A stretch of 64,000 nucleotides of DNA from an uncultured Lachnospiraceae bacterium (GTDB taxonomy: Bacteria > Bacillota > Clostridia > Lachnospirales > Lachnospiraceae). The stretch covers positions 29,109 to 93,108 of the forward strand of contig OMZJ01000115.1 of the NCBI GenBank assembly GCA_900315495.1. Direction: 5' to 3'. The notes below the pieces were generated by a model, which saw only the letters and a list, made by a program, of their open reading frames with translations, was not told the origin of the DNA and made no database searches. This document shows, one piece after another, positions 53,323 to 63,125 of the stretch. The stretch's first letter is position 1. Every line of letters starts with the position of its first letter. The translations under genes were made by a program, and so were the position numbers.

Positions 53323-54261
53323 TCAGAAGCTGACTGTTTCGCGCTTCGGTGCGGGGGAACTGACCAGGTCGGATGCGTAGAGCACCGGTCCCTCCTCGCC
53401 GTAGACGTCGTTGTACTCCATCTTCAGCTGTGCCGTGACATCCACCCAGCTGCGCTGCCCGAAGTCGCTGATCTTCGGATATTTGCACAGGAAGCCAAGG
53501 AACCGGATGTCCGCCTCGCAGCAGGTCATGATCTTGCGCCCCGGGACAAAGCAGTCCTGCGGGAAATCCTTCGACTTCATGACCATGCCCTTGAAATGAA
53601 GGTTCTTGCCGAGATAGTTATCCGGATTTTCCTGCGCGTCGATGTAGAAAATACCGTAGTCGTCATCCGCGATCGTGATGTCCTGCCCGGAGATGTCGTA
53701 GGGCAGAACGAGCGGCGGCTGGAGCTGGTTTCCATCCTTGTCCTCAAACATCACGTCGGCATTCCGGTTGACGGCCTTGAGCGAACGGTTGAAGTTGTCA
53801 ATCGGCGTATCCTCTGTGCAGCGGTTGAAGATGACCATGTCTGTATAGGTGAGCAGCTCGATGGCAAGCGACTTGATGTTGTTCAGATACAGCCGGAATG
53901 TGCTGCCGTCCAGCACGGTGATCGTCTGGTACAGCTCCCACGAAAACGGCAGATCCATGTCCGGGATCTCCTTCGGGGACCACATCCCGTTGTACTCGAT
54001 GATGACGCGGTCCGGACGATATTTCTTGCCCATCGCGGACAGCCATGCATGATTGAGCTGGGTCTGATCCTCCGCGGTCACCATCACGCAGTTGTATTTC
54101 TTCAGGAAAGCTTCCTCATACTCCACTTCCCCCTCTTCGCAAAGAATCAGAAGGGTCTTGGATCCGTCGTTGAAATAATCCTGCGCCAGAGTGAATTTCA
54201 GGAAGGATGTCTTGCCGCCCTCCAGAAAGCCCGTGATGACATATACTGGTATATTATCCAT
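53323..54261 (-). CDS. G3E-family (CobW-like) P-loop GTPase lacking the CxCC motif, fused to a C-terminal CC-motif domain (DUF1980/YcgQ-like)
   Basis: P-loop VYVITGFLEGGKTSFL and CobW-like core LILCEEGEVEY...IIEYNGMW. No GCxCC is present. The C-terminal domain reads FVPGRKIMTCCEADIRFLGF. I placed the start at ATG 54261. Confidence 0.65.
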   Translation of the reverse strand: MDNIPVYVITGFLEGGKTSFLKFTLAQDYFNDGSKTLLILCEEGEVEYEEAFLKKYNCVMVTAEDQTQLNHAWLSAMGKKYRPDRVIIEYNGMWSPKEIPDMDLPFSWELYQTITVLDGSTFRLYLNNIKSLAIELLTYTDMVIFNRCTEDTPIDNFNRSLKAVNRNADVMFEDKDGNQLQPPLVLPYDISGQDITIADDDYGIFYIDAQENPDNYLGKNLHFKGMVMKSKDFPQDCFVPGRKIMTCCEADIRFLGFLCKYPKISDFGQRSWVDVTAQLKMEYNDVYGEEGPVLYASDLVSSPAPKRETVSF

Positions 54262-54333
54262 AAAATCTCTGTTTCTCCCTGATTTCAAAGTCCGCTTTTA
54301 TGTCCCAGTTTCTGCCCTCAGGCAGGGGGAACA

Positions 54334-55494
54334 TCAAAGGCCGAACAGTGCACTGAGCTGATCCTGCTTCAGACCGGCACCGATCACGCACAGGCGTCCG
54401 GTGTAATCCGGCTGACCGTCGCGGATTTCATATTCCCCGGGTGTGAGATCAAAATACATCCACTTGCCGTCCATGCAGGGAACCATGCCCTTGGCACGAA
54501 GAATGGTGCCATAGGTATCTTCCTCCGCGGAGAGCTTCCGCAGAATATCCGTGAGTTCCTCGCGGCCGAACTTCTTCGGCGTCTCTCTGCCCCAGCTGTC
54601 GAAGATCTCATCGGCATGATGGTGATGATGATGCGCATGCTCCTCGTCGTGATCATGATCATGGTGATGATGCTCGTGCTCCTCCGCGTCCGCATCCTCG
54701 TGGTCATGGTCGTGGTGATGGTGCTCGTGCTCCTTTGCGTCTGCGTCCTCGTGATCATGGTCGTGGTGATGGTGCTCGTGCTCCTTTGCATCTGCGTCCT
54801 CGTGGTCATGATCATGGTGATGGTGCTCGGCTTCATGTTCCGCCGCATCCTTCTCGTGCTTTTCGAGCGCATCCTTCAGGAGCTCATCCGTGAGGGACTG
54901 TCCCTGCTCGCAGACCGCAAGGATCTGATCTCCGGTCAGTTCGTCCCACGGCGTTGTGATGATCTTTGCCTTCGGGTTCTTCTCCTGCAGCAGGGCAACG
55001 GCCTCCTCCAGCTTTTTCTGATCCATCGTCTGCGTGCGGCTCAGGATGATGGTGTTGGCGCTCTCAATCTGATTGTTGTAGAACTCGCCGAAATTCTTCA
55101 TGTACATTCTGCACTTGTGCGCATCCGCCACGGTCACGAAGTTGTTCAGCTGGATGTCGATCTCCTTCGCGGTCTTTGCCACCGCCGCGATGACGTCGGA
55201 GAGCTTGCCGACACCGGAGGGCTCGATCAGGATTCTGTCCGGGTGGTAATCATTCACCACCTGCTTGAGCGCCTTGTTAAAATCGCCCACCAGGGTACAG
55301 CAGATGCAGCCGGAATTCATCTCCGTGATCTGCACGCCGGATTCCTTCAGAAATCCGCCGTCGATGCCGATCTCGCCGAACTCATTTTCAATCAGAACAA
55401 TCTGCTGACCGGAGAAGGACTCCTTCAGAAGTTTTTTTATGAGAGTGGTCTTTCCTGCTCCGAGAAAACCGGAGACAATATCAATTTTCGTCAT
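54334..55494 (-). CDS. COG0523 (CobW/ZigA/YeiR-like) metallochaperone GTPase with a His/Asp-rich insertion
   Basis: MTKIDIVSGFLGAGKTTLIKKLL, ENEFGEIGID, metal motif GCICCTL, a His-rich stretch (about 75 aa), and a CobW_C-like end ILRAKGMV. Starts at ATG 55494 (SD AAAGGA). Confidence 0.85.
   Translation of the reverse strand: MTKIDIVSGFLGAGKTTLIKKLLKESFSGQQIVLIENEFGEIGIDGGFLKESGVQITEMNSGCICCTLVGDFNKALKQVVNDYHPDRILIEPSGVGKLSDVIAAVAKTAKEIDIQLNNFVTVADAHKCRMYMKNFGEFYNNQIESANTIILSRTQTMDQKKLEEAVALLQEKNPKAKIITTPWDELTGDQILAVCEQGQSLTDELLKDALEKHEKDAAEHEAEHHHHDHDHEDADAKEHEHHHHDHDHEDADAKEHEHHHHDHDHEDADAEEHEHHHHDHDHDEEHAHHHHHHADEIFDSWGRETPKKFGREELTDILRKLSAEEDTYGTILRAKGMVPCMDGKWMYFDLTPGEYEIRDGQPDYTGRLCVIGAGLKQDQLSALFGL
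54616..54840 (-). repeat. In-frame tandem repeat (~3.5 x 51 nt) encoding HEHHHHDHDHEDADAKE units
   Basis: The protein reads AEHHHHDHDHEDADAKE / HEHHHHDHDHEDADAKE / HEHHHHDHDHEDADAEE / HEHHHHDHDHDEEHAHHHHHH. The DNA copies are near-identical (gtggtgatggtgctcgtgctcctttgc[ga]tctgcgtcctcgtg...). Confidence 0.9.
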
Positions 55495-55718
55495 GATCTG
55501 TATCCTTTCTTTCCATTGCGCCGCATTCCGCAGCTGCCGGCAGCCGAATTCGCAAATGGTTTGCATTAACTGCATTATATAGAATAGCACACCTGTCAAC
55601 CCCGCACGCAATCCCTCCGGAGACAGCGAGAGCCCGGCGCTGTCTGCGCCGGGCTCCTGTCTGACAGGAATGCCTGATACGGCCTGAAACGGACGTTTCG
55701 TGACCCCCGCGATGACAT

Positions 55719-56594
55719 TCAGTCGAGCTCTTTTCCGGTCAGCATAGTATATGCCTCGCGGTATTTGGCGATGGTCTTGTCGATGACGTCCTGCGGCAGG
55801 CGGTATCCGCTGTCCGGATGAGACGTGAGCCAGTCGCGCACAAACTGTTTGTCAAAGGACGGCTGGCCGTGGCCGGGTTCATACCCGGCAAGCGGCCAGA
55901 AACGGCTGCTGTCCGGTGTGAGCATCTCGTCGGCCAGAATGACATTTCCCTTCTCGTCCAGACCGAATTCAAACTTGGTGTCCGCGATGATAATGCCATG
56001 CGCCAGCGCATAGTCCGCACATTTTTTGTAGAGGGCGATGGTATTGCTGCGGATTGCGGACGCGTACTCCTCTCCCTTTCCGGGATGCAGCTTCTCCAGG
56101 ATTTCGGTGCACTGCGCAAAATTGATGTTCTCGTCATGTGTCCCGATCTCGGCCTTGGTGCTCGGCGTAAATACCGGCTCCGGAAGCTTTTCGCATTCCT
56201 TCAGACCTGCCGGCATGGCAATGCCGCACACGGTTCCGTTCTCCTGATAGCTCTTCCAGCCGCTGCCCGTGATATAGCCACGGACGATGCACTCGATCGG
56301 CAGCATGGTAAGTTTCCTGCAGAGCATGCTCCGGCCCGCAAACGCCGGCGTCTGAAAGTATTCCGGCATATCCTTCGGATCCGTGCTGATCATATGATTC
56401 GGCAGGATATCAGCCGTATAGCGGAACCAGAATGCCGACATCTGTGTCAGGATCTTTCCCTTGTCCGTCACGTCATTCTGCAGAATCACGTCGAAAGCTG
56501 AGATTCTGTCGGTGGCAGTCATGATCAGGCTGTCCCCCAGGTCATAGATCTCGCGGACTTTTCCTTCTTTTACCGGTCTGTACTCTTTCATCAA
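55719..56594 (-). CDS. purC: Phosphoribosylaminoimidazole-succinocarboxamide synthase
   Basis: KEGKVREIYDLGDSLIMTATDRISAFD, ECIVRGYITGSGW, IIADTKFEFG. Confidence 0.95.
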   Translation of the reverse strand: MMKEYRPVKEGKVREIYDLGDSLIMTATDRISAFDVILQNDVTDKGKILTQMSAFWFRYTADILPNHMISTDPKDMPEYFQTPAFAGRSMLCRKLTMLPIECIVRGYITGSGWKSYQENGTVCGIAMPAGLKECEKLPEPVFTPSTKAEIGTHDENINFAQCTEILEKLHPGKGEEYASAIRSNTIALYKKCADYALAHGIIIADTKFEFGLDEKGNVILADEMLTPDSSRFWPLAGYEPGHGQPSFDKQFVRDWLTSHPDSGYRLPQDVIDKTIAKYREAYTMLTGKELD

Positions 56595-56773
56595 TCCAAT
56601 CCTCTCTGTTGTCTGGATAAAGTGCCATCGTGCGCCGACGATGGGAGGAGCGCTCTAAGTGTAATGCAGAAGTCCCGCTTTGTAAAGAAATCCCTGCACA
56701 CACCGGCTGAAAAACAGTGCAGCGAAATTCCTGCCTGTTCCGTCAGGAAACCGAATGCACGGTTTTCCGCCGT

Positions 56774-56805
56774 ATAGAAAGAGCCGCCTGAACAGCAGGC
56801 GGCTC
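56774..56805 (-). terminator. Terminator of rny
   Basis: Minus strand: GAGCCGCCUG-cuguu-CAGGCGGCUC followed by UUUCUAUA, 16 nt after the stop. Confidence 0.5.
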
Positions 56806-56820
56806 CTGATTCATTTCTGA

Positions 56821-58434
56821 TTATTTCGCAGTATCACTGACTCTGGATTCTCGGATCATGTTAACCTTGATCTGACCAGGATAGGTGAGTTCCTGTTCAA
56901 TCCTCTTGGCGATATCTCTCGCCATGATCACCATATCCGCATCCGAAACCTGTTCCGGAATGACCATGACACGGATCTCACGGCCGGCCTGAATCGCGTA
57001 GGATTTCTCGACTCCCTTGAAGGAGTTCGCGATATCCTCCAGCTGCTTCAGCCTTGTGGTATACGCTTCAATTGACTCACGGCGTGCTCCCGGTCTTGCG
57101 GCCGAGATGGTATCCGCGGCCTGAACGAGGCAGGCGATCAGTGAAGTGGGTTCGGTGTCGCCGTGATGTGATTCCACGGAATTGATGACAACCGGGTTCT
57201 CATGATACTTCCGGCAGAGTGCCGCGCCGAGCTGTACATGGGAGCCCTCCATTTCATGATCTACTGCTTTTCCGATGTCGTGGAGAAGTCCCGCCCGTTT
57301 TGCCAGTCGGACATCCTCTCCTACCTCCGCAGCCATCAGGCCGGCGAGCTGAGCAACCTCAATCGAATGTTTCAGGGCATTCTGCCCGTAGCTGGTGCGA
57401 AACTTCATCTTGCCGAGAAGCTTAACCAGTTCCGGATGAATTCCATGGATGCCGACTTCCAGAACCGCAGATTCCCCTGCCTCCCGGACCATTGCATCCA
57501 CTTCTTTCTTGGCTTTCTCAACCATTTCCTCGATACGCGCGGGATGGATTCTTCCATCCATGACGAGCTTTTCCAGCGCGATCCGGGCGACTTCCCGCCG
57601 CATCGGGTCGAACGCGGAAAGAATCACTGCGTCCGGCGTATCGTCAATGATCAGATCGACCCCGGTCAGTGTCTCGAGCGTACGGATATTCCTGCCCTCT
57701 CTTCCAATGATGCGGCCTTTCATCTCATCATTCGGAAGCTGAACCACGGATATTGTCGTCTCAGCCACATGATCGGCGGCACAGCGCTGAATGGCAGTCA
57801 CCACAATTTCCTTTGCCTTTGCGTTGGCTTCCTCTTTGGCGCGTGCTTCTTCGTCCCTGATCATCTTCGCCGTGTCGAGTTTGACATCATCTTCGACAGA
57901 CTTGAATAAAAACTCTTTCGCCTGATCAGAGGTCATACCGGAGATCCTCTCCAGTTCCTGTGATGCCTGTGCGGTCAGTTCATCGATTTTTGCGCTCTTG
58001 CGGTTGAGACTGTCTTCGCGCTGGTTCAGACCGTTCTCACGCTTTTCGAGCGCTTCGGTTTTCCGGTCAAGGTTTTCCTCCTTGCTGGCCGCGCGTTTTT
58101 CCATGCGCACCAGTTCGGCACGGCGGTCTCTGACCTCGCGGTCCAGATCGTCCTTGATCTTCATGTTCTCTTCCTTGGCTTCCAGCAGCGCTTCGCGCTT
58201 CGCCTCGGCGACGGACTTTTTCCCTTCCTCGATGATCTGACTGGCTTGTTCCTCTGCAGTTCCGACCGTCTGTTTGATATGATCCGAAATCAGTTTTCTG
58301 GCAATGAAATAGGAAATCACTGCCGCTGCCGCTGCCGCCGCAATCGCGATCAGAATGACAAACGGAAGCGGAATCTGAGCCGGACCGGACACACGAACCG
58401 CCGGGACCTGAGGAGCTTCATCCAGTAAAATCAC
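56821..58434 (-). CDS. rny: Ribonuclease Y
   Basis: N-terminal [25 protein letters not shown], coiled coil, KH domain ([15 protein letters not shown]), HD domain ([12 protein letters not shown]). I propose the GTG 58434 start (GAGGAGG 6 nt upstream). The track's 30 extra codons contain the promoter. Confidence 0.9.
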   Translation of the reverse strand: MILLDEAPQVPAVRVSGPAQIPLPFVILIAIAAAAAAAVISYFIARKLISDHIKQTVGTAEEQASQIIEEGKKSVAEAKREALLEAKEENMKIKDDLDREVRDRRAELVRMEKRAASKEENLDRKTEALEKRENGLNQREDSLNRKSAKIDELTAQASQELERISGMTSDQAKEFLFKSVEDDVKLDTAKMIRDEEARAKEEANAKAKEIVVTAIQRCAADHVAETTISVVQLPNDEMKGRIIGREGRNIRTLETLTGVDLIIDDTPDAVILSAFDPMRREVARIALEKLVMDGRIHPARIEEMVEKAKKEVDAMVREAGESAVLEVGIHGIHPELVKLLGKMKFRTSYGQNALKHSIEVAQLAGLMAAEVGEDVRLAKRAGLLHDIGKAVDHEMEGSHVQLGAALCRKYHENPVVINSVESHHGDTEPTSLIACLVQAADTISAARPGARRESIEAYTTRLKQLEDIANSFKGVEKSYAIQAGREIRVMVIPEQVSDADMVIMARDIAKRIEQELTYPGQIKVNMIRESRVSDTAK

Positions 58435-58495
58435 AGGTGTACCTCCTCTCTGTGAAATTGTACCGAAGTATCTGCATACTTCGGACAGCTTTACT

Positions 58496-58524
58496 ATTGT
58501 ATGCCAATGAGACAGAATTGTCAA
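58496..58524 (-). promoter_or_regulatory. Putative sigma-A promoter of rny
   Basis: Minus strand: TTGACA-17 nt-TACAAT. The leader contains a 9-bp hairpin CCGAAGUAU-gcag-AUACUUCGG. Confidence 0.6.
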
Positions 58525-58622
58525 GAAAGTGCAAAGCTGCCCCCGCGGTTCGGCCCGTGCAATCTGCTGTCCAATCTCCGGACGGGAACCTGCAATCCAG
58601 TGCTGCCCGCCATGTGTTTTCT

Positions 58623-58642
58623 AAAAAAACCGGCGGACCGGT
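58623..58642 (-). terminator. Terminator after recX
   Basis: Minus strand: ACCGG-uccg-CCGGU followed by UUUUUUU. Confidence 0.5.
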
Positions 58643-58717
58643 CAGTGAAAAGCCGGTACGCCGAATCTTCGTTTCGTGTTGATTTGTTCCGTCCGGCCGC
58701 AGTACCATGCTTTTCCA

Positions 58718-59233
58718 TCAGAGGGATTCCGGCGGATCCCCGCCGGCCAGTTCCTCGACGACCCGCTGGCATGCCTGCCGCGCCGCCGCATAGGGGAAGC
58801 CTTTCCGCATGACGGATGCCATCATTTTTTCCATGGAAAGATCTTCCCGGGACCGGGCATACCCCGAAGCGGCCCGGTATGCGGCCTCTGCCTCCTGGTC
58901 CGCGACCTGCGCGCAGGCGGAGTCAATCAGATCCCCATCAATTCCCTTCTGCCGCAGTTCCATCCGGATCACCGACTGGCTCTTCCGGTCCGCCCGGGAC
59001 AGCGCGAACTGTGCGGCGAAGCGGGCGTCGTCCAGGTAATGCAGCTCTTTCAGCCATTCCACAACGTCAGAAACAACTTGAGGAGGGAATCCTCCCTCCT
59101 CAAGTTTTCTCCGCATTTCCTCTTCCGTGCGGTCCGCAAAGGAAAGAATCCGCAGTGCCTTTCCCTGGGCGCGGCTCATCCGTTCCTCCGGCGTGCCTTC
59201 CTGCAAAGGTTTCGATCTTTTCCGCCAGGCCAT
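58718..59233 (-). CDS. recX: Recombination regulator RecX
   Basis: 171 aa, helical-repeat protein (ALRILSFADRTEEEMRRKLEEGGF..., YLDDARFAAQFALSR). Its start codon shares 1 nt with the recA stop (UGAUG). Confidence 0.8.
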   Translation of the reverse strand: MAWRKRSKPLQEGTPEERMSRAQGKALRILSFADRTEEEMRRKLEEGGFPPQVVSDVVEWLKELHYLDDARFAAQFALSRADRKSQSVIRMELRQKGIDGDLIDSACAQVADQEAEAAYRAASGYARSREDLSMEKMMASVMRKGFPYAAARQACQRVVEELAGGDPPESL

Positions 59234-60351
59234 CAGACGATGCTGTCCTTTGCGGGATCATCGGGAAGCTCCCCCGCCAGAGGATCCGCCGGTGCCTCCT
59301 GTTCCGGTGCGGGCGCCGCCGCTTCCGGCACCGCAATCGGTGCAAGTCCCGCGCTTACGCGGACCTTGTTCTCGATCTCCACACTGACCTCCGGATGCTG
59401 CTCCAGATACAGCTTAGCATTCTCCCGGCCCTGACCGATTTTTTCGTTATTATAGGCGAACCATGCGCCGGATTTCTGGACGATATCCTGTTTGACCGCC
59501 AGATCCAGCACTTCGCCAGAATGGGAAATTCCTTTTCCGAACATGATGTCAAACTCGGCTTCCTTGAAAGGCGGCGCAACCTTGTTCTTGACCACACGGA
59601 CCTTCGTGTGATTGCCGAGGACCTCGCCGTTCTGCTTGATCGACTCGGTTCTGCGCACATCCAGGCGCACCGAGGCGTAGAACTTCAGTGCGCGGCCGCC
59701 GGTCGTCGTCTCCGGATTGCCGAACATGACGCCGACCTTCTCGCGCAGCTGGTTGATGAATACCACAATGCAGCGGGACCGGCTGATCGCCGCCGTCAGC
59801 TTGCGGAGTGCCTGCGACATGAGTCTGGCCTGCAGACCGACGTGGGCGTCGCCCATGTCGCCGTCGATTTCGGCTTTCGGCACCAGTGCCGCCACGGAAT
59901 CGATGATCACGATATCAATGGCATTGGAGCGCACCATGGTCTCGCAGATTTCCAGCGCCTGCTCGCCGCTGTCCGGCTGGGAGATATACAGATTGTCAAT
60001 GTCGACGCCGATGTTCTTTGCGTACACCGGGTCCAGCGCGTGCTCCGCGTCAATGAACCCCGCGATGCCGCCGCGCTTCTGGACTTCCGCCACGCTGTGC
60101 AGTGCAACCGTCGTCTTTCCGCTGGATTCCGGTCCGTAGATCTCGATGATCCGGCCCCGCGGGAATCCTCCGATTCCGAGCGCCATATCCAGGCTGAGTG
60201 AGCCGGTGGGAACCGCCTCGACGTTCATGGCGTTTGCGCTGTCCCCGAGTTTCATGACCGCACCCTTGCCATACGCCTTTTCAATCTGCGTCAGTGCGGC
60301 CTCCAGAGCCTTTTTCCGGTTCTCATTTTCTTTTGTGTTCAGTTCTGCCAT
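59233..60351 (-). CDS. recA: Recombinase RecA
   Basis: [23 protein letters not shown], Walker [27 protein letters not shown], and the L2 region. Confidence 0.98.
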   Translation of the reverse strand: MAELNTKENENRKKALEAALTQIEKAYGKGAVMKLGDSANAMNVEAVPTGSLSLDMALGIGGFPRGRIIEIYGPESSGKTTVALHSVAEVQKRGGIAGFIDAEHALDPVYAKNIGVDIDNLYISQPDSGEQALEICETMVRSNAIDIVIIDSVAALVPKAEIDGDMGDAHVGLQARLMSQALRKLTAAISRSRCIVVFINQLREKVGVMFGNPETTTGGRALKFYASVRLDVRRTESIKQNGEVLGNHTKVRVVKNKVAPPFKEAEFDIMFGKGISHSGEVLDLAVKQDIVQKSGAWFAYNNEKIGQGRENAKLYLEQHPEVSVEIENKVRVSAGLAPIAVPEAAAPAPEQEAPADPLAGELPDDPAKDSIV

Positions 60352-60401
60352 TTCTGTTCCTCATATCCGATCGTTTCGGCGGCCCGATCCGCCTGGATTC
60401 G

Positions 60402-60430
60402 ATTCTAGCGGAATGCCGTGCCGGCGGCAA
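60402..60430 (-). promoter_or_regulatory. Putative sigma-A promoter of recA
   Basis: Minus strand: TTGCCG-17 nt-TAGAAT, about 45 nt upstream of the ATG. Confidence 0.45.
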
Positions 60431-60534
60431 GAAATGTTTTCCGACTCTTTCGACCCGGTCTCCGACTTTTCTGCAGCCCGCAACTTGCCTTCCGCCAGGA
60501 CTCGGCTGATCTGCCGGCCGGTATCTGCATCAGT

Positions 60535-61797
60535 TTATCTTTCGTCCTTCAGACCCGGGTAATCCAGGGTTGCAAAATAATCCTGCGGCGTCTCCGCGCG
60601 GCGGATCTGCTTCACTGACCCGTCCGGACGCAGGAGAAGCTCTGCGCTGCGGAGCCTGCCGTTGTAATTGTATCCCATCGAGAATCCATGGGCCCCGGTG
60701 TCATGGATGACCAGATAGTCCCCCTCATGGATTTCGGGAAGCATCCGGTCAATCGCAAATTTATCGTTGTTCTCGCAGAGGCCGCCTGTCACATCATACA
60801 GATGGTCGCAGGGCGCATTTTCCTTCCCCAGCACCGTGATATGGTGATAGGCGCGGTACATAGCCGGCCGCATCAGGTTCGCGGCGCAGGCGTCCACACC
60901 CGCATAATCTTTCCAGATGTGCTTCATGCGGAGCACTTTCGTGACAAGATGTCCGTACGGGCCAAGGATGAAACGCCCCATCTCGGTATAGATCGCGACA
61001 TCGTCCAGCCCCGCCGGCACCAGAATCTCTTCGTAGGCCTTCCGGACCTCTTCCCCGATCGCCATGATGTCGTTCGGCTCCTGATCCGGTCTGTAGGGGA
61101 TTCCGACCCCGCCGGACAGATTGACGAAGGAGAAATGGATGCCCAGCTCCCGGGAAAACTCGGCCACGACCTCGAACAGGATGCGGGCCAGCTTCGGATA
61201 ATAGCCCAGCGCCACGGTGTTGGAGGCCAGAAACGCGTGGATTCCGAAGTTTTTCACGCCGTAATCCCGCAGCTTCCGGTACGCCTCGCGGAGCTGATCC
61301 TTCGTCATGCCGTACTTCGCGTCCTTCGGGGTGTCCATGATCTCATTGTGCAGCGTGAAATTCCCGCCCGGGTTGTACCGGCAGCACATGGTATCCTGCA
61401 CCGGGGCAATCTGCATGTAAGGGTCGATCATCGAAATATCGTCAAAATTGATGATCGCGCCCAGCTGCGCGGCCTTGATGAAATCCGCGTCCGGCGTGAC
61501 ATTGGAGGAATACATGATGTCATGCCCGTGCAGGCCCACTGCATCGGCCATCAGAAGCTCTGTGTAGGAAGAGCAGTCCGCGCCGAAGCCTTCGTTTTTG
61601 AGGATTTCCAGAATCCACGGGTTCGGCGTCGCCTTGACCGCGAAATACTCATGAAATCCCGGATTCCAGGCAAATGCGGCCTTCACGCGCCGCGCATTCT
61701 CTACGATGCCCTTTTCATCATAAATATGAAACGGCGTCGGCCAGGTCTTTACAATCTCTTCCACCTGTTCCTTGGTCACAAACGGCTTTTTTTCCAT
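60535..61797 (-). CDS. PLP-dependent decarboxylase of the Orn/DAP/Arg (fold III) family, diaminopimelate decarboxylase-like
   Basis: Starts at ATG 61797 (SD GGGAGAGAG). TPFHIYDEKGI, PLP-Lys FAVKATPNP, SGGVGIPY, and EMGRFILGPYG. Confidence 0.75.
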   Translation of the reverse strand: MEKKPFVTKEQVEEIVKTWPTPFHIYDEKGIVENARRVKAAFAWNPGFHEYFAVKATPNPWILEILKNEGFGADCSSYTELLMADAVGLHGHDIMYSSNVTPDADFIKAAQLGAIINFDDISMIDPYMQIAPVQDTMCCRYNPGGNFTLHNEIMDTPKDAKYGMTKDQLREAYRKLRDYGVKNFGIHAFLASNTVALGYYPKLARILFEVVAEFSRELGIHFSFVNLSGGVGIPYRPDQEPNDIMAIGEEVRKAYEEILVPAGLDDVAIYTEMGRFILGPYGHLVTKVLRMKHIWKDYAGVDACAANLMRPAMYRAYHHITVLGKENAPCDHLYDVTGGLCENNDKFAIDRMLPEIHEGDYLVIHDTGAHGFSMGYNYNGRLRSAELLLRPDGSVKQIRRAETPQDYFATLDYPGLKDER

Positions 61798-61943
61798 CGC
61801 TCTCTCCCTTTTCTCGACGCGGCGGCCTGCCGGCTGTCCTGCATATTTTCCCCGGGCAGCGGAATGCAAAGCGGCCGCTGTCCTGTTCCATCGTCATCTT
61901 CCCGGCATCCGGGAAGCAGATCCCGCTGCGGTCTCATTCCGGA

Positions 61944-62870
61944 TTATTTCTCTTCAGATCCCGGGAAGCGGATCCTATTGTCATTCTTCCCGTCCCCAGA
62001 CGGATGGTCGGAGTATTTGATGTGCTTGTGCGTGTAGAGGTGATCCATGCAGTACTCGTGGGCACCGTCACACTTGGAGCAGAAGCGGAACTCCAGATCG
62101 GGGTAATCCGCGTCGGTCCGGCCGCACACCTCGCATTTGTGGTGATACGGCTTTCCGGAAACCGTCGCACCGCCCGGAGCGTTATAGGCCTTCTCCCCCT
62201 GCCGCATGCGGCTGCGGAACTGCCTGCGCCTTTTGATGTCGGCCGGGTTAAACCGGTTCTTCGGGAACAGGAAAAACATGAACAGCACCACATTGATCAG
62301 CGACATGACGATCATCACCCAGTCCGCCGCCGTGCCGCCGAGGGCGCCGATGATGAGGAACACCACCTCGATCACCGCCAGATACTTCGCCCGGATCGGG
62401 ATAATAAAATAGAGAAGAAACTGCGCATCCGGATAGGTCAGTGCCAGTCCGAGGAACAGTGACATGTAAAGATAATTGGGGTTGAGGGTATATACATCGA
62501 TCCCCGCGGAAAACCAGACGATCAGCGCGCCAAGGATGTGTCCCAGGATGCCGGTGAACGTATAGACATTGAGCCGGTAGGCACCCCACGCGCGCTCCAG
62601 CGTGCTTCCGATGGAATAGTACAGATATACAAAGATCAGGTAGTAGAAGAGCCCGCCCCGGCCGGAGAACATCGGCATCGCAAGCCATGTAACCAGCCGC
62701 CAGATCTGACCGTGCCCGATCAGGCGCGCACTCCAGCAGATCAATACCGGAAACTGTGCCCAGAACAGACTCAGCGCATAGCCCACCGCATTGATGATCA
62801 CCAGAATCAGCACAAGATTGGAGATCGCATACTTCCCAAGTTTCCGCTCCATCTTATCGAAAAAACTCAT
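61944..62870 (-). CDS. Rhomboid-like polytopic membrane protein without an obvious Ser/His dyad, with a C-terminal zinc-ribbon
   Basis: GQIWRLVTWLAMP (WRxxT of rhomboid TM2) and YYSIGSTLERAWG. The GxSG position reads FTGILGHILG. The cytoplasmic tail HHKCEVCGRTD...FRFCSKCDGAHEYCMDH has 2x CxxC. Starts at ATG 62870 (SD AAAGGAG). Confidence 0.55.
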   Translation of the reverse strand: MSFFDKMERKLGKYAISNLVLILVIINAVGYALSLFWAQFPVLICWSARLIGHGQIWRLVTWLAMPMFSGRGGLFYYLIFVYLYYSIGSTLERAWGAYRLNVYTFTGILGHILGALIVWFSAGIDVYTLNPNYLYMSLFLGLALTYPDAQFLLYFIIPIRAKYLAVIEVVFLIIGALGGTAADWVMIVMSLINVVLFMFFLFPKNRFNPADIKRRRQFRSRMRQGEKAYNAPGGATVSGKPYHHKCEVCGRTDADYPDLEFRFCSKCDGAHEYCMDHLYTHKHIKYSDHPSGDGKNDNRIRFPGSEEK

Positions 62871-63125
62871 CCGGGACTCCTTTCCCCTAGGCAACATGTG
62901 TCCTGTTGATTATATTAAAGGCGCCGTCCCCTGTCAATCCCGCCCCGGTCAGGGGCGCTTTGCACGCCTCCCGGAGCGGCCCTGCATCCGGCCGGATGAA
63001 ACGGAATGCGGCCGGAAGAACCCTGCCACGATTTGTCTTTGCCAGCTTCCTCTGCTCTGCCGGCGCATTTTTGCTGCGCGCGGCACCGCTTTCTTAAAAA
63101 TCAAGAAAGATTCCTGTTTTTCTGA

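Noticed and set aside
54616-54840. Regularly spaced near-identical DNA repeats, considered as a possible CRISPR-like array.
   Set aside because: The units are contiguous 51-nt in-frame copies with no spacers, inside a COG0523 gene. They encode a His/Asp-rich peptide, so this is a coding tandem repeat.
55560-55600. A TTGACA / TATAAT pair and short repeats (TGCATTA-ac-TGCATTA; GCAAA-tgg-TTTGC) upstream of the COG0523 gene. I considered these as a promoter plus a Zur-type operator.
   Set aside because: The -35/-10 spacing is only 14 nt by my count. The repeats do not resemble the Zur box I know (TCGTAAT-N-ATTACGA). That is too weak to call.
56595-56820. I looked for a purine (guanine/adenine) or ZTP/pfl riboswitch upstream of purC.
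   Set aside because: I could not find the purine core (UAUAAU...AUAUGG...CCGUAAAU...GACUAU) or the ZTP elements (GGGUCGUGACUGGCG ... CCGCCUGGGC) by eye. Only the rny terminator and a 7-bp hairpin CCAUCGU/ACGAUGG are present.
60352-60534. I looked for a LexA/Cheo box (GAAC-N4-GTTC) upstream of recA.
   Set aside because: No acceptable match was seen on either strand. Only a sigma-A-like promoter (TTGCCG-17-TAGAAT) is present. A proper PWM scan would be needed to be sure.
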